Origin: Octopus bimaculoides
Taxonomy: Eukaryota
Direction: 5' to 3'
Assembly: GCF_001194135.2 (NCBI RefSeq)
Contig: NC_068987.1
Span: 88,710,430 to 88,774,429 of the forward strand
DNA length: 64,000 nucleotides
Part shown: piece by piece, positions 1-12,567 of the stretch
Layout: each line of letters starts with the position of its first letter
How positions within the stretch are numbered: the stretch's first letter is position 1
The notes under the pieces: generated by a model
Database searches by the model: none
Seen by the model: the letters and a program-made list of their open reading frames with translations, nothing else
Told to the model about the DNA's origin: nothing
Translations under genes and position numbers: made by a program

Positions 1-62
1 TCTCACAGATATATTTCTTTTATGTGGAATTAATAGACAGATAGTGTGCGAACACATGGACT

Positions 63-240
63 GACACACACACATGCAAAAACGAACACACACACACACA
101 CACACACACATGCACATAGACACATACATACACATACAGGCACATATATGTATGTTTGTGTTTTTTGCGCGCACACATACATATACATACATATATATTA
201 TGTGTGCGGGTGAGAGTGTATATTCGTATGTGTGTGTGTG
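63..240. repeat. Mixed (CA)n/(TA)n/(TG)n microsatellite mosaic
   Basis: Direct dinucleotide runs; these explain the HT/YI/CV ORFs. Confidence 0.95.
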
Positions 241-414
241 TATTTCTTATCTTACGGTACGACGATTAGATCCTGCTAAAATATGTACCATATTTTAAAA
301 TGTTTTAATGTCAGGATAAACGAAAAATAAAACCCCTTAAGTTAACGCCAGCATGAATGATACTTCGATGAAATTTTCTAAAACGTTATAAAAATTACCA
401 ATGTTTGTAGGTTT

Positions 415-810
415 AGGCAAAGATGTGTAGTTAAAAAGATTGCTTTACAACCACGCGGAACCTCGGACAAGTGTCTTCTATTATGTGCCCGAACTTGGAG
501 ACGAAAACTGCGTGGAAGCCAGTTGTGTAGATGTATATATTTATGCGTGTGTGTGTCTTTTTGTTTGTCCCCTCCATACACACATACACACACACACAGT
601 TATACAAACACACGCACGCACACACACCGCTTAACAACGTGTTCATTTATCTGCGTCACCGTAACTTAGTGGTTCGGCGAAAGAGACCGATAGAAGTACC
701 AGACTTAAAAAAATAAGGCCCGGGGTCGATTTGTTTGACTAGACCCTTCAAATTAGTGTCCCAGCATGACCACAGTCCAATGACTGAAACAAGTAAGCGA
801 TAAAAGATGG
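415..810 (+). mobile_element. SINE family A, degraded copy
   Basis: Matches other family A copies: acaagtgtcttcta, gtaacttagtggttcggcgaaagagaccgatag, ggggtcgatttg, tail gactgaaacaagtaa. Confidence 0.8.
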
Positions 811-1109
811 AAGCTAACAAATGTGCCCTAAAATTATTTACAGATCCTAATGTTGCTATTTTCTGAAAAGTGCCTAAGTCTATCTCGATAGGTAAACATC
901 TTTGTGATAATTAAAGTGGAATGGTCGATACATTTCTTGTTATAATGTTCTAAACTCGTGTGAATTATTCTGCTTCTTCAGCATACATCTGCACAATGTT
1001 ATAGTGATTTGGTATTGTTATGACGAAGTTTAGAACATCGTAAATGTTGTCATAGAAAATTATGATGAGCGTATTCTATGATAACTGACGGACTGTAGCT
1101 TTTATCATC

Positions 1110-1325
1110 TCCATGTTTCAATCATAGGGCTGCGGTTATGCAGGGACATCGCCTCGGTGGACTTAGTCAAACAAATCAACCTCAGTACTTATTTTTAAAG
1201 TTTGGTACTTATTTTATCGGGGTCATTTGCCGAATCACTAAGTTACAAGAGTGTAAACGCACTAAAACTGTGTGTCAAGCGGAGAGGGGACTAATACAAA
1301 GACAACCCATCCACCCACCCACACA

Positions 1326-1424
<99 letters not shown>

Positions 1425-1560
1425 CGGGTTTCTACGCCATTTCCATCCAGCAGATTCATTTACAAGATATTATTTGGCCCGGGGCTATATAAACTTGCCC
1501 AAGATACTCCGCAATGGGATTGAACCTGAAACCACGTGGTTACAAAATGAGCCCATAGAA
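1110..1560 (-). mobile_element. SINE family A with internal (TG)n tract
   Basis: Reverse-complement match to family A head and tail; (TG)n at 1329-1423 sits at the internal microsatellite position. Confidence 0.75.
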
Positions 1561-1619
1561 AGTTAAGGTATGGTTTATATGAATAATATATATAATGTGT
1601 TTTTTTGTCCTGAAACAGT

Positions 1620-2270
1620 TGAAACTGGGTGGTCATATGTATGGATAGTAATTTTACTACACTATTCTGCTGTTGTGATCTTATATTTTGTCACAGCCAG
1701 TGAAGGGCATGTATTTTGATACAATACGATACCCTGTGTCCTATCTCAGAACATACAGACGGCAGATAAATCTGTCGTCTGTATTTTTATAGAAGTTGTG
1801 GATATCCTTTCAACACATCAGTTGTTGTTGAACTGCTCTAGTACCGTGAAAATTGTTGCTTTTACTGCTCAATTCAGGCCACTTTAGAATTAAAGAAATT
1901 CACCACTATCTATAATTAGGGGTCATTCTGTCGCCCACAATTCTTAATGTGTTAGTAAGTTCCTTACCAGTGACTGGGGACTAAACTTGTGCTGTTATCG
2001 TTTTTTCTTTGTTCCTTTCATAGTCATTGCATTTTTAGCTGTACTGAATATTTTGTACCACATTCTCTTCCTCTGGAATGCTTCAATTTTTTCCTGTGTT
2101 ATGTTTTATTTGTTAATGTCATTGTAAAACCGTTTGGTGTCTGATTAAAATAATTGGTTTTGGAAGAAGAGTTCAAAATTTGCAAAGCATCATAAGCTGA
2201 GTGCTTTTGCGGATATAATTTGTTTAAGACAATTCTTTTCTTTATTACCAGAGCATCTTCTGTTTTATTG
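1620..2270 (-). pseudogene. Degenerate R4/Dong-clade non-LTR retrotransposon ORF (pre-RT and RT N-terminus)
   Basis: Broken minus-strand frames give QKHSAY..L..SSK..N..F..NGF, GDR..PNY.W and KY.P.T motifs resembling R4-clade ORFs; many stops and frameshifts. Confidence 0.5.
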
Positions 2271-2271
2271 C

Positions 2272-2418
<147 letters not shown>

Positions 2419-3409
2419 TCATTTCTTGTCAGCAGAGTCTCACTTGAATATAATGAGATCTGATGTGATGTTTGCATCACTGTGATAGGCCAACTGATAG
2501 GTAAAAGTCGACTGTTTTGATATATTCTCAGTGTTTATCCTTTCAATGAAATTGATTTTCCCTTTTTCATTATCTTGGAATCTGTTATTGTATATTATAA
2601 AAATGCGTTACGTTCGGTAGTGTGTATTCCTTTATATTTTCCATTACTTCGTATTTTTTCTTCACAGATTACATCTCTCCTATAATGTGTGCTGGATATA
2701 TTTTATCAATGTGTAATAGAAGTGGATGCAATAGTCCTGTAGAGAGTTCATTGATTCAACCTTCTCTTCCAAAATTTCTTTTTACGTTGGACGCTTGCAA
2801 TAAGAGTCATCCCTTTCAGTTCGGTTTTTATAGGTGTCAAGAAGATATTCGCGATTGGAGTAAGCTCACACTACGAAATTATACACACTGACTCCACTGG
2901 CTGTGTATTTGTTTCAGATTAATTTATCGATAGACATACTTGATTTCGTTTTAAAAAAATGTGTTATATTTGAAATTCGTTTTATAATGCTTTCTGTTGA
3001 AAAGTTGTTTCATTTCGTTATCATTTTCGTTTTTGTATTCAAATGTTCATTTTGTTTTTATTTGTTTATCCCGGTGTACATCTGTTCTTTATTTCAGTAT
3101 GTATATTATAGCTAAACTTGCATTCACGTTGTGTATTATTTCAACATTATGCAATGAATGCAATCACATATAATTCTTCAAATGAGTTCTGGATAGCATC
3201 GTTTCCTTCGCTTTATGATTTTGATTTCGATAATGCAATCGGATATAAATAAACTTTTTACAGAGTGCTATATTTTTATGTCCTCGTTCTGATGGACCCA
3301 AGGCCGGAGTTCCTTCTTATAATTATTAAGTATATTGTTTATGTGAGTGCAGTATGAAAGTGTGTATACGTACATAAATTAGTGCATTTTGTGAGCTCTG
3401 TTTTTGCGA

Positions 3410-3474
3410 CTCATACACACACACACATATATATATATATGTATACATATTTATACACGCATGTGTATGTGTGT

Positions 3475-3543
<69 letters not shown>

Positions 3544-3550
3544 TGTGTGT
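3410..3550. repeat. (CA)/(TA)/(TG)n microsatellite
   Basis: Direct reading. Confidence 0.95.
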
Positions 3551-4334
3551 CTGTTCTAACAAAACCTTTGCAGGCTTTCTCAACCAGTAGCAGCAAGGAC
3601 ACGGTTAATGTCTCTACTGAACCACTGCAACTTCAGGGCTGTTGGAATAACATGGGATGGCGGTCCATCAACGGTTTTTTTAAATTTTATATAGTCGTTG
3701 GAACTGCTGGTAATCACAACTAGATCCCTCCAAGTCTTACCTTACAGACTTGAAAGAGGAAAGATTATATTAAACGATGCAGTCGAAGGTGTGCCTATAA
3801 TATAACACTTGGTTGAGGAAAAAGTTCCTGCGCCGTGAGTCACCAGTGAACATGACATGAACTGAATGAACATACACACCACAAAATATATATATAAAAA
3901 ACATTATGTTAACACGGCCCACGAACTTTTTCCTCCATCATGTGAACCATGTACTGCTCTTGAAGATGGATTTTCTTAATCAGTGTCGTCTTTGTGCGAT
4001 TACAACATGGTAAAAGAGATTTACAGTCACAGAAACCCCTCAATGCGTCGTGGGCACTTTTTCTTCCTTTGATTAAATCATTAAAAACACGAAAAAGTTT
4101 GATAACTCTGATTGCAATGACTTAATTGGTCATTGATAAAGATTATACAGAATATTAATTACAGTACAGGCGGCATAAAGCCATAGAAATATGGGTATAA
4201 TGCAAATTAAAAAATATGAATTAGAGAGATTCAATTGACAATTCAATAATTTCTTTATATTATAACATAATATACTATGAATATAATATAATATAAGATA
4301 AGATAACATTAAAACATCATTAAAAAACCAAAAG

Positions 4335-4408
4335 GGCCAACAATTGTTTCGACTTTTTTTATATATATAAACAATTTAATTCACTTATATAAGTCTCATC
4401 AGAGCTAA
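4335..4408 (-). ncRNA. Type I hammerhead ribozyme-like motif with long loop II
   Basis: Minus strand AGCU CUGAUGA GACUU..(AT-rich loop)..AAGUC GAAA C-AAUU-G-UU GGC: canonical core, 5-bp stem II, palindromic helix III (ACAAUUGU), GUU triplet, 3-bp helix I. Confidence 0.65.
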
Positions 4409-4829
4409 GGTTTAAAGATAGACGAAATTCCGTGTGAAAGGAATTGTAATTCTGTTGACTCTAATTTGTGATATTGTAGTCAGATGGTAGAAGGCAATAA
4501 TGACAATAGGTTGAAAGGAAAATAACCTCACTTCAGATAATTAGGAATTATATAACCTGCAACTATGAGAAGGCCAGTGAAATAATGTGTATTTATGAAG
4601 GCCCGAGACCAAGTGTTTGACTCTCGATAACAAGTTGTGTTTGATCGCGACACTTTGTTTCTTGTAGCTCAATACTACTCAGCCGAAATGAGCACCAGTC
4701 GAGAGCTGATGCAGCTTTCTCTCTTTAGATCCTTCATATTCCAGATGTGTCATATGGTCACGAGTTGTTTTCTCTTTTACCCCGATGTAGATCGGCCAGA
4801 AACCAAACAACCGGCATTGTCCCTCTCGT

Positions 4830-4942
4830 ATTGTTGGCATTCCGTCGCTTACGACGTCGATGGTTCCAGTTGGTCCAATCAACGGAACAGCCTGCTCGTG
4901 AAATTAACGTGCAAGTGGCTGAGCACTCCACAGACACGTGTG
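4830..4942 (-). mobile_element. SINE family E, 3' fragment
   Basis: acacgtgtctgtggagtgctcagccacttgcacgttaatttcacgagcaggctgttccgttg, recalled as the 3' part of the Octopus SINE whose head occurs at 23205-23310. Confidence 0.65.
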
Positions 4943-5047
4943 TCTCTCTCGTAAACAGAAATGAAATAAATATTATCGTAAATTAGATCAGCAAACAACA
5001 ATGCTATTATTCATATGGTTCATAAGACACACACATACAACCCCATG

Positions 5048-5048
<1 letters not shown>

Positions 5049-5137
<89 letters not shown>
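5049..5137. repeat. (TG)n microsatellite
   Basis: Direct reading. Confidence 0.97.
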
Positions 5138-5139
<2 letters not shown>

Positions 5140-5405
5140 CAGTTGCAGTGTGGGAGTCACTTATTAGGCATTCAAAAACTCACGAAGGCACTTAATTTCA
5201 CTCAAACATTTATTTGGTATCACGAAACTTTTAACTCAATATTACAAACAAAAAATGTTTAAGAGAAGTTAACAGTCTTTATGTGTTTCTAAAGGGTTTA
5301 ACTTGTGGCTTCCACGCTGTGAATGTTTTACTTTCAATACAGGGCCCCATATCTAATCCGTTATCTGGTATGTGCGTCTCCGAAATAGGTGTGGCCGAAA
5401 TATAT

Positions 5406-5760
5406 AAAGTGGCGGTGTGGTAAGAAGTTTAGCTCCCAATCACATGGTTCTGGGTTCAGTCAGTCCCACTGCGTGGCACCTTGAGCAGATACCTTCTACT
5501 ATAGCCTCAAGCCAACCAAAGCCTTGTGAGTGAATTCGGTAGATGGAAATCGTGTGTGTTTTTGTGTCTGTGTTTGTCCCCACCACCGCTTGTTAACCGG
5601 TGCTGGTTTGTTTACACAGCCGCAACTTAACAGCTAAGCAAAGCTGATCGATAGAATAAATACCAGGCTTTAAAAAAAGTACTGGGGTCGATTCATTCGA
5701 CTAAAAAATTTTCAGAACGGTGCCCCAGCATGGCCGCAGTCTAATGACAGAAATAAATAG
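5406..5760 (+). mobile_element. SINE family A, followed by (TAGA)n at about 5792-5853
   Basis: tRNA-like head (tggcggtgtgg A-box-like; gggttcagt B-box-like), ggcaccttgagcag, tail gcatggccgcagtctaatgacagaaat. Confidence 0.85.
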
Positions 5761-5792
5761 ATGTGTGTGTATGCATGTATGCGTGTGTGTGT

Positions 5793-5854
<62 letters not shown>

Positions 5855-6274
5855 CTATTTATTGAAAACAAAAGGATAAGAACAAAATGCTTGGAGGACT
5901 CTATCATAGAAAACCCCTTCACGCCGGAATAAAAGGGAAAGTCTTAAATTTTAGAAATTCTTAAACTTTCATAATCATCAGTTCTTCTCTTATAAATATG
6001 GTATCATATTTCGTGTTGTGTTTGTTGCCAGCTTGTAGCAGGAAGATCCAATGGTAGTGGGAGGAGGAGCAGTCATGAGGTCATTTTAAGCGAACGAAAC
6101 CGATTCATATTTTCCTTCTGTTTTCCTTAATAAAGTCCTCCAAAGATTTTCCTCTTTTCTATAGCTTTTCAATATATATCTATTCCTGTGTATCAATATA
6201 TATATGTCTGTATGTGTGTGTGTTTGTGTGTGTATGTGTGTGTATGTATGTATGTATGTATGTATGTATGTATA

Positions 6275-6570
6275 TAGTGAGATTTTCCAAAAAGTAAAAG
6301 ACGAAGACGGGTGTGTAAACAACAAACAGATGTATTAGTTTAACGCTGGAGGAGTGAGAAAGTCTTTTACGTTTCGAACCTACGCTCTTTGACAGAAAGG
6401 AACACAGAAATAAACAGGGAGAGAAAATAAAAAAGGTTTAGTGGCTAGCGATCTATCATGGCGAAAACAAGACAGAGGGGGTCACACAGGAGAGCTAAGA
6501 AGAAGGGGAGATAATAAAGTAGTGGTGATCCCAAAACGTAGATGCACGTGCGTATGTATGTGACAGCGTC
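6275..6570 (-). mobile_element. Penelope-like terminal repeat (family F1) with hammerhead-like motif at 6364-6400
   Basis: Reverse-complement match to 7984-8150 and 52553-52690; CUUU CUGUCAA A GAGC-GUAG-GUUC GAAA CGUA AAAG; ends in ctcacta next to a TA/TATG tract. Confidence 0.6.
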
Positions 6571-7604
6571 TATGTATGTATATATATATACATGCTGAAG
6601 CTATTTAGTGCTGGGGGGGGGGCTGCAATCGCCAGTATTATTGAGTCTGCTAATATCATTTTCAAATTGTTACTAGATAATAAGAGCTGATGATATATTC
6701 GCAAATTATTTTTTCGTGAATTATTCTTCTCGTGAACTATTTGCTCCGTATATCTGTGTGTGTGTGTGTGTGTGTGTGTGTNNNNNNNNNNNNNNNNNNN
6801 NNNNNNNNNNNNNNNNNNNNNNNNNNNNNNNNNNNNNNNNNNNNNNNNNNNNNNNNNNNNNNNNNNNNNNNNNNNNNNNNNNNNNNNNNNNNNNNNNNNN
6901 NNNNNNNNNNNNNNNNNNNNNNNNNNNNNNNNNNNNNNNNNNNNNNNNNNNNNNNNNNNNNNNNNNNNNNNNNNNNNNNNNNNNNNNNNNNNNNNNNNNN
7001 NNNNNNNNNNNNNNNNNNNNNNNNNNNNNNNNNNNNNNNNNNNNNNNNNNNNNNNNNNNNNNNNNNNNNNNNNNNNNNNNNNNNNNNNNNNNNNNNNNNN
7101 NNNNNNNNNNNNNNNNNNNNNNNNNNNNNNNNNNNNNNNNNNNNNNNNNNNNNNNNNNNNNNNNNNNNNNNNNNNNNNNNNNNNNNNNNNNNNNNNNNNN
7201 NNNNNNNNNNNNNNNNNNNNNNNNNNNNNNNNNNNNNNNNNNNNNNNNNNNNNNNNNNNNNNNNNNNNNNNNNNNNNNNNNNNNNNNNNNNNNNNNNNNN
7301 NNNNNNNNNNNNNNNNNNNNNNNNNNNNNNNNNNNNNNNNNNNNNNNNNNNNNNNNNNNNNNNNNNNNNNNNNNNNNNNNNNNNNNNNNNNNNNNNNNNN
7401 NNNNNNNNNNNNNNNNNNNNNNNNNNNNNNNNNNNNNNNNNNNNNNNNNNNNNNNNNNNNNNNNNNNNNNNNNNNNNNNNNNNNNNNNNNNNNNNNNNNN
7501 NNNNNNNNNNNNNNNNNNNNNNNNNNNNNNNNNNNNNNNNNNNNNNNNNNNNNNNNNNNNNNNNNNNNNNNNNNNNNNNNATATATATATATATATACAC
7601 ACAC

Positions 7605-7942
7605 ATATATTGTATAAAAGTTCGTAGGTAAGGCCAAAACAATGCGAAGTAAATGCAAGGCAAATCACAAGAAAACAAATATGTGAATTAACATAGGCTT
7701 ACCTTGCATTCAATATTTCAGGGTTATGACTCCATTTTCAAGAAATTGATGAATGTTGCCTATGTACGCTCACACACATGCACATCGGCAACATTCATCA
7801 ATTTCTTGAAAATGGGGTCATAACCCCGAAATATTGAATGCAAGGTAAGTCTACATTAATTCACATATTTGCTTTCTTGTGATTTACATTGCATTTACTT
7901 CGCATTGTTTTGGCCTTACCTACGATCTTTTATACAATATAT
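7605..7942. mobile_element. Foldback/MITE-like long palindrome (about 160-bp arms, 16-nt loop)
   Basis: atatattgtataaaagttcgtaggtaaggcc...gttgcctatgt is the reverse complement of acatcggcaac...ggccttacctacgatcttttatacaatatat; loop 7766-7781; TA-rich ends. Confidence 0.85.
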
Positions 7943-7983
7943 TCTACACAATGCTTACATACATATACATATTTTCTATTTTC

Positions 7984-8150
7984 TATTTTCTCTCCCTGTT
8001 TATTTCTGTGTTCCTTTCTGTCGAAGAGCGTAGGCTCGAAGCGTTAAAAGACTTTCTCACGTCCCGAGCGTTAAACTAATACATTTGTTTGTTGTTTACA
8101 CACCCGTCTTCGTCTTTTGTTTGCTTTTTTTTTTGTAAATTCTCACTACA
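7984..8150 (+). mobile_element. Penelope-like terminal repeat (family F1) with hammerhead-like motif at 8013-8050
   Basis: CCUUU CUGUCGA A GAGC-GUAG-GCUC GAAG CGUU AAAAG; inverted relative to 6275-6430. Confidence 0.6.
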
Positions 8151-8178
8151 TGTATACATAGGTATATATACACATAAT

Positions 8179-8218
<40 letters not shown>

Positions 8219-8501
8219 AAGAGAGAGAGATGGAGAAAGAGACAGAGATGAGGAGAGAGAGAGTATTCTCTTCTCCTTTATTTGTATATATCCGTACGTT
8301 GATGTATAATGAAATGGTGAATTTTCTCCGGGCATCCTCAATGTATCAACATATATATATAATATTTTATTCCGTTCTCTTTTGTATGATCATATTTCCA
8401 ACGGTTGCATGCAACCTTCTTCCGCACCCCACCCCCCAAATGCACCTCCGTCTTCCTGAAGTGATTGCAACATTTTTTATTGCAACTGTATTTGGATGAG
8501 T

Positions 8502-8840
8502 GAAGGCGCGTGGCTCATTGGTTAGAGTGTCGGGCTCACAATCATAAAATAATGAGTTCGATTCTTGGACCGGGTTAGGTGTTGTGTTCTTGAGCAAGAC
8601 ACTTTACTTCATGTTGATCCAGTTCACTCAGTTGTAAAAATGAGTTGCAACGTCACTCGTGCCAAGCTATATCGGTCTTTGCATTTCCCTTGGATAAGAT
8701 CAGCGGCGTGGAAAGGGGTGACTGGTATTCATGGGTGACTGATGGTCTTCCATAAACAACTTTGCCCGGACTTGTGTTTCAGAAGGGAATTTTCTAGGTG
8801 CAATCTCATGGTCATTCATGGCCGAGGTGGGATCTTTACC
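8502..8840 (+). mobile_element. SINE family C (tRNA head plus conserved central domain)
   Basis: ggcgcgtggctcattggttagag (A box), gagttcgattc (B box), ttgtgttcttgagcaagacacttt. Confidence 0.85.
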
Positions 8841-9199
8841 CATTGCTCTTTATTTGGATGGTTGAACGCTACGTGTAATTTGCTTGTTGAAGTAATTTCC
8901 TTTGCCTATTTCTAATATTTTTTTGTTTGTTGAGTATATACATGCCACAGAACCTCCCAAAACTAGACACCAATATTTAAGCATTGTCCAAGTCTAATTA
9001 GGTTACCTATGAAGAAAAGCAAACAATACCAATGCAAGCGATCTCCGCAGACTCTGAGTCCACAAATGCTTTCCACTTTCCAAGATTGAAAGACAATTCA
9101 GAATAACGAGTCTAAGATATAAGAAATTCACAATCAAGTATAACAACAGTGTATTACCATCCTCAGTAGCCAAACGAATATCACTATAGTTTTGACACC

Positions 9200-9590
9200 T
9201 GGTCTACCATTCAATCCGGTGGTATCATAAGCACCAGTGTTTTGTGGTACCGTAGTGACAAATTTCCTGAAATCCTAAGAATCATTCTTACGATTCTTGC
9301 AGAATACAAGATTGCTCTTTTCTGCAAGTCAACAATGCGAGTCTGAATCCCAATATGTTTCAGTGTCTTAGATAGCAGTTACGTCAAGTGCACCAATTAT
9401 TGCAGGAATAGGTGTTGAATAAGTATTCAGCAATCACTCCGTCTCTCTAGTTAAGTCCTGATATTTCTCTATTTTTTTTCCATTTCTTTGCTATCCACAC
9501 TGTCATTAGATGGTATTGCAAAATCTGTGATCATATGCCGTTTATTTCTTTTGTCCTCAATAATCATATCTGGCGTCCTTGCTTCATTAT
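9200..9590 (-). pseudogene. R4/Dong-clade retroelement 3' end (restriction-like endonuclease C-terminus)
   Basis: Minus translation EARTPDMIIEDKRNKRHMITDFAIPSNDSVDSKEMEK..IEKYQDL..PIPAIIGAL..LQKRAILYSARIVR, a PD-(D/E)xK RLE signature with stops. Confidence 0.8.
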
Positions 9591-9841
9591 TATTGCTACT
9601 ATCATTCTTTTGACACAGGCTTTGCAGGAACTCTTGGAGTCTTGCAGGAGTGGCGGGATTGCTACCTGCTGCCTACGGTACCATGCTATCTGTTCTCTTC
9701 AACTATCAAATGTTTCCTGATGATTCTGGCCTTGCAAAAGGGGGAAAACTTGTTACAACAGCTCTACTGGGCATTCTATTTCCACTTCCCGTTATATTTC
9801 TCTCAATACCTTCCGATACTGTTCCCAAGGCCCCAGCAATA

Positions 9842-9845
<4 letters not shown>
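9591..9845 (-). pseudogene. Second 5'-truncated R4/Dong-clade 3' end with UTR and short (AAT)n tail
   Basis: Minus translation IIAGALGTVSEGIE..EVEIECPVELL..ARIIRK; begins directly after the (AAT)n tract at 9841-9880 and ends in gcaataataat. Confidence 0.7.
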
Positions 9846-9873
<28 letters not shown>

Positions 9874-10089
9874 CATCATCATTTATATATAAAACATTAA
9901 GTTATACAAAATATGGTGCCCTAAGTTTGCCCTAGATTTTAAGATATACACTAATAATATATAGGTACACGTAAATGATGGCCAATCAACATTAACCAGG
10001 AGTCAGCCCCATGTGTTTGCGTATATAAACTTGGAAACAAATAGGTGCGGTTTTTTTAATTAATGAACAGTATAAAGACCAATGGTATT

Positions 10090-10490
10090 TAGTAATATGT
10101 CAGAATTGATTTGATTCAATGGAGAGAACTTTACGAAATGAGTCATCTAACTTTGCGATTTCCTTCTAAACTTACAAGCAAGATGATATCTGATCTGAAG
10201 ATCTGGAAATCATTTTGTTGTATTTGATTACGATTGTGTCCTTTTGTTTTATCTAGGAACTATGTAGAATGATGTATATAAAATGACCCAAAGATATTGG
10301 ATGTTTTCAAAGAGTTTGAGCTAAAACTTAAAGTTTTTGACGTCAAAGTACATCACTAAAGTACTTTCTATATTATATCTATAGCTATAATTACATTGTA
10401 TTGCATAGATAGGAAAACATTTGTGTATGTTATTTGCGCGAGTGTAAGAACATGATTTACACACCCCAGTCGGTATGCTCTTCTGAAACC
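10090..10490 (-). pseudogene. Possible highly degenerate Penelope-like GIY-YIG endonuclease
   Basis: Broken minus frames CKSCSY..PIYAIQCN and FYIVP..RNQIQQN..IFRSD resemble PLE endonuclease motifs; weak. Confidence 0.3.
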
Positions 10491-12516
10491 TGTTTTATTG
10501 ACCAATCTGAGGAAGATTTTGAGGAAGATTTTGAGGAAGATCTAACCATAGATCTTTTAGGTGTTCCGCAGACTCATATGGTCGATGAAACTGATGATGC
10601 ATGGGAAGAAGAGGGTTCCAGAGGAAATCTTTATGGGGGGGGGGAATATTTTCTCTGATTTCTTGAGGTCAATATAGTAAAGGTAGTTGAAGATCTGCGT
10701 GTGTAACTTATACATCAGGCAAGTTCAGTATCATAGAAACCATTTTGGTTGCATTTTTAGAAGAGATAAGAAACACAGCAGATTGGTGAGCTAAAGGTTG
10801 TAGCTTGTTTATGAAGAGGGAGAAATATTTTCTATAAATGGTAACGAATGTCTATCGTTTCCGTTTTCTTCCATGACGCACCATAAAAAAATGTATGTTG
10901 TAGATTTTAAGATTTATAGAATGTGTATCAGTCAACCATTAGCAACGCTGATAGAACACATCAACTCTACAGCAACCTTGCAAAATCAAAAGCCAAAGAA
11001 AGGGCTTCCATGTGACTACTTGATCTCCTAGAATCAACAACAAAATCTCCCTCAAATCACACCCAACCTTCCTTAATGACAGAAAAAACTGCGCTAAACA
11101 ACGTAGACCTAAATACATCATGTCTATAAATTTTGTACGGTGACGAATGAAACTCTTTTGACTATACGTCTTCTCGATCAGGCCTTACTATTCAAGCGAA
11201 ACAAACTACAACAAAAACTTGTATCCTCAACTGTTTTCTTATAATTGCATCATCCGACAGACCAGACGACCAGACGATATTTTACATTATTTATTTATAC
11301 AAATGAACGTGTAGAGAATACGAGTGTCATTTATAGAATATAGTGATATTAGAAAAGTTGCCTGGATCAATCGACAATCTGTGTAGCTCTACATGACATC
11401 ATTCCCATAATTGCATTGCTATTTATATGCTTCTAATTATTCGCTAAATACACACGACTCTTTCAAATTAATATTCGCACTGTATCGGCAATACGCCACG
11501 TAGTCCGTATATGTAATTAGTGATTGATTTAGTTTATTGATTATTTATCACATTTTCAAATTGATAACACCTTGTCGTGCATAAAACGCCAGGGAAGATG
11601 AGCGTCTCTGTGATACTGGAATTGGAACACTTGTTATCAACGATTATAACATGTTAAGTCTCACTCATCTTGCAAAATGTAATGTGTATCATATGTTGTA
11701 AAATACAAGCACGATCTTCGAGCATCATCCGCATACATTATCTCCATTATGTATTGACATCACATCCACGTGACTCAAATTCTAGAAACCCAACCCATTT
11801 TAGAGAATCACAAAATACACCTAATAAACATATTGGTGAGACAACCCATTTGGTTTTTGTGTCACCATTGAATAACCTCACTTGTAGCCGTGGTAGTTTG
11901 TTGTAGCACTTTTCTCACCAAGCTAGAACCATGACAGAATTTGAACTCAGAATTGAACGCTGACGAAACATTCAGCGATTTTATAGTGCTACTGCTGTTA
12001 GAAAGGCGAGTCTTTACAGCAGCAACTATCTTTAACAACGTGGACTAGGTTATCTAAGAGTATATTTGAGAAGTGTTTTGGTGACAGACACAACGCAGTG
12101 TCAGTCACTGAACATGAAGTGCCATTCTCTTGCTTAGTTGTCCAGCATCCAGTTCTCAACTGGTTACTGTTATATATATATATATATATATATATNNNNN
12201 NNNNNNNNNNNNNNNNNNNNNNNNNNNNNNNNNNNNNNNNNNNNNNNNNNNNNNNNNNNNNNNNNNNNNNNNNNNNNNNNNNNNNNNNNNNNNNNNNNNN
12301 NNNNNNNNNNNNNNNNNNNNNNNNNNNNNNNNNNNNNNNNNNNNNNNNNNNNNNNNNNNNNNNNNNNNNNNNNNNNNNNNNNNNNNNNNNNNNNNNNNNN
12401 NNNNNNNNNNNNNNNNNNNNNNNNNNNNNNNNNNNNNNNNNNNNNNNNNNNNNNNNNNNNNNNNNNNNNNNNNNNNNNNNNNNNNNNNNNNNNNNNNNNN
12501 NNNNNNNNNNNNNNNN

Positions 12517-12567
<51 letters not shown>

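Noticed and set aside
3571-3835. Possible hAT-type MITE (caggctttctcaacca ... tggttgagg)
   Set aside because: The TIR match is short and gapped, and no TSD was found.
5945-5990. Minus-strand CUGAUGA-UUAU-GAAA
   Set aside because: Only 4 nt between the core halves, so stem II cannot form.
8502-8580. tRNA-like sequences at SINE 5' ends (also 23205-23310 and 56770-56840)
   Set aside because: A and B boxes are present but there is no full cloverleaf, and each continues into a SINE body; these are not tRNA genes.
10505-10545. Three copies of gaggaagatttt giving EEDF repeats; similar short tandem gactccatttt near 12748-12780
   Set aside because: Local slippage duplications with no supporting gene context.
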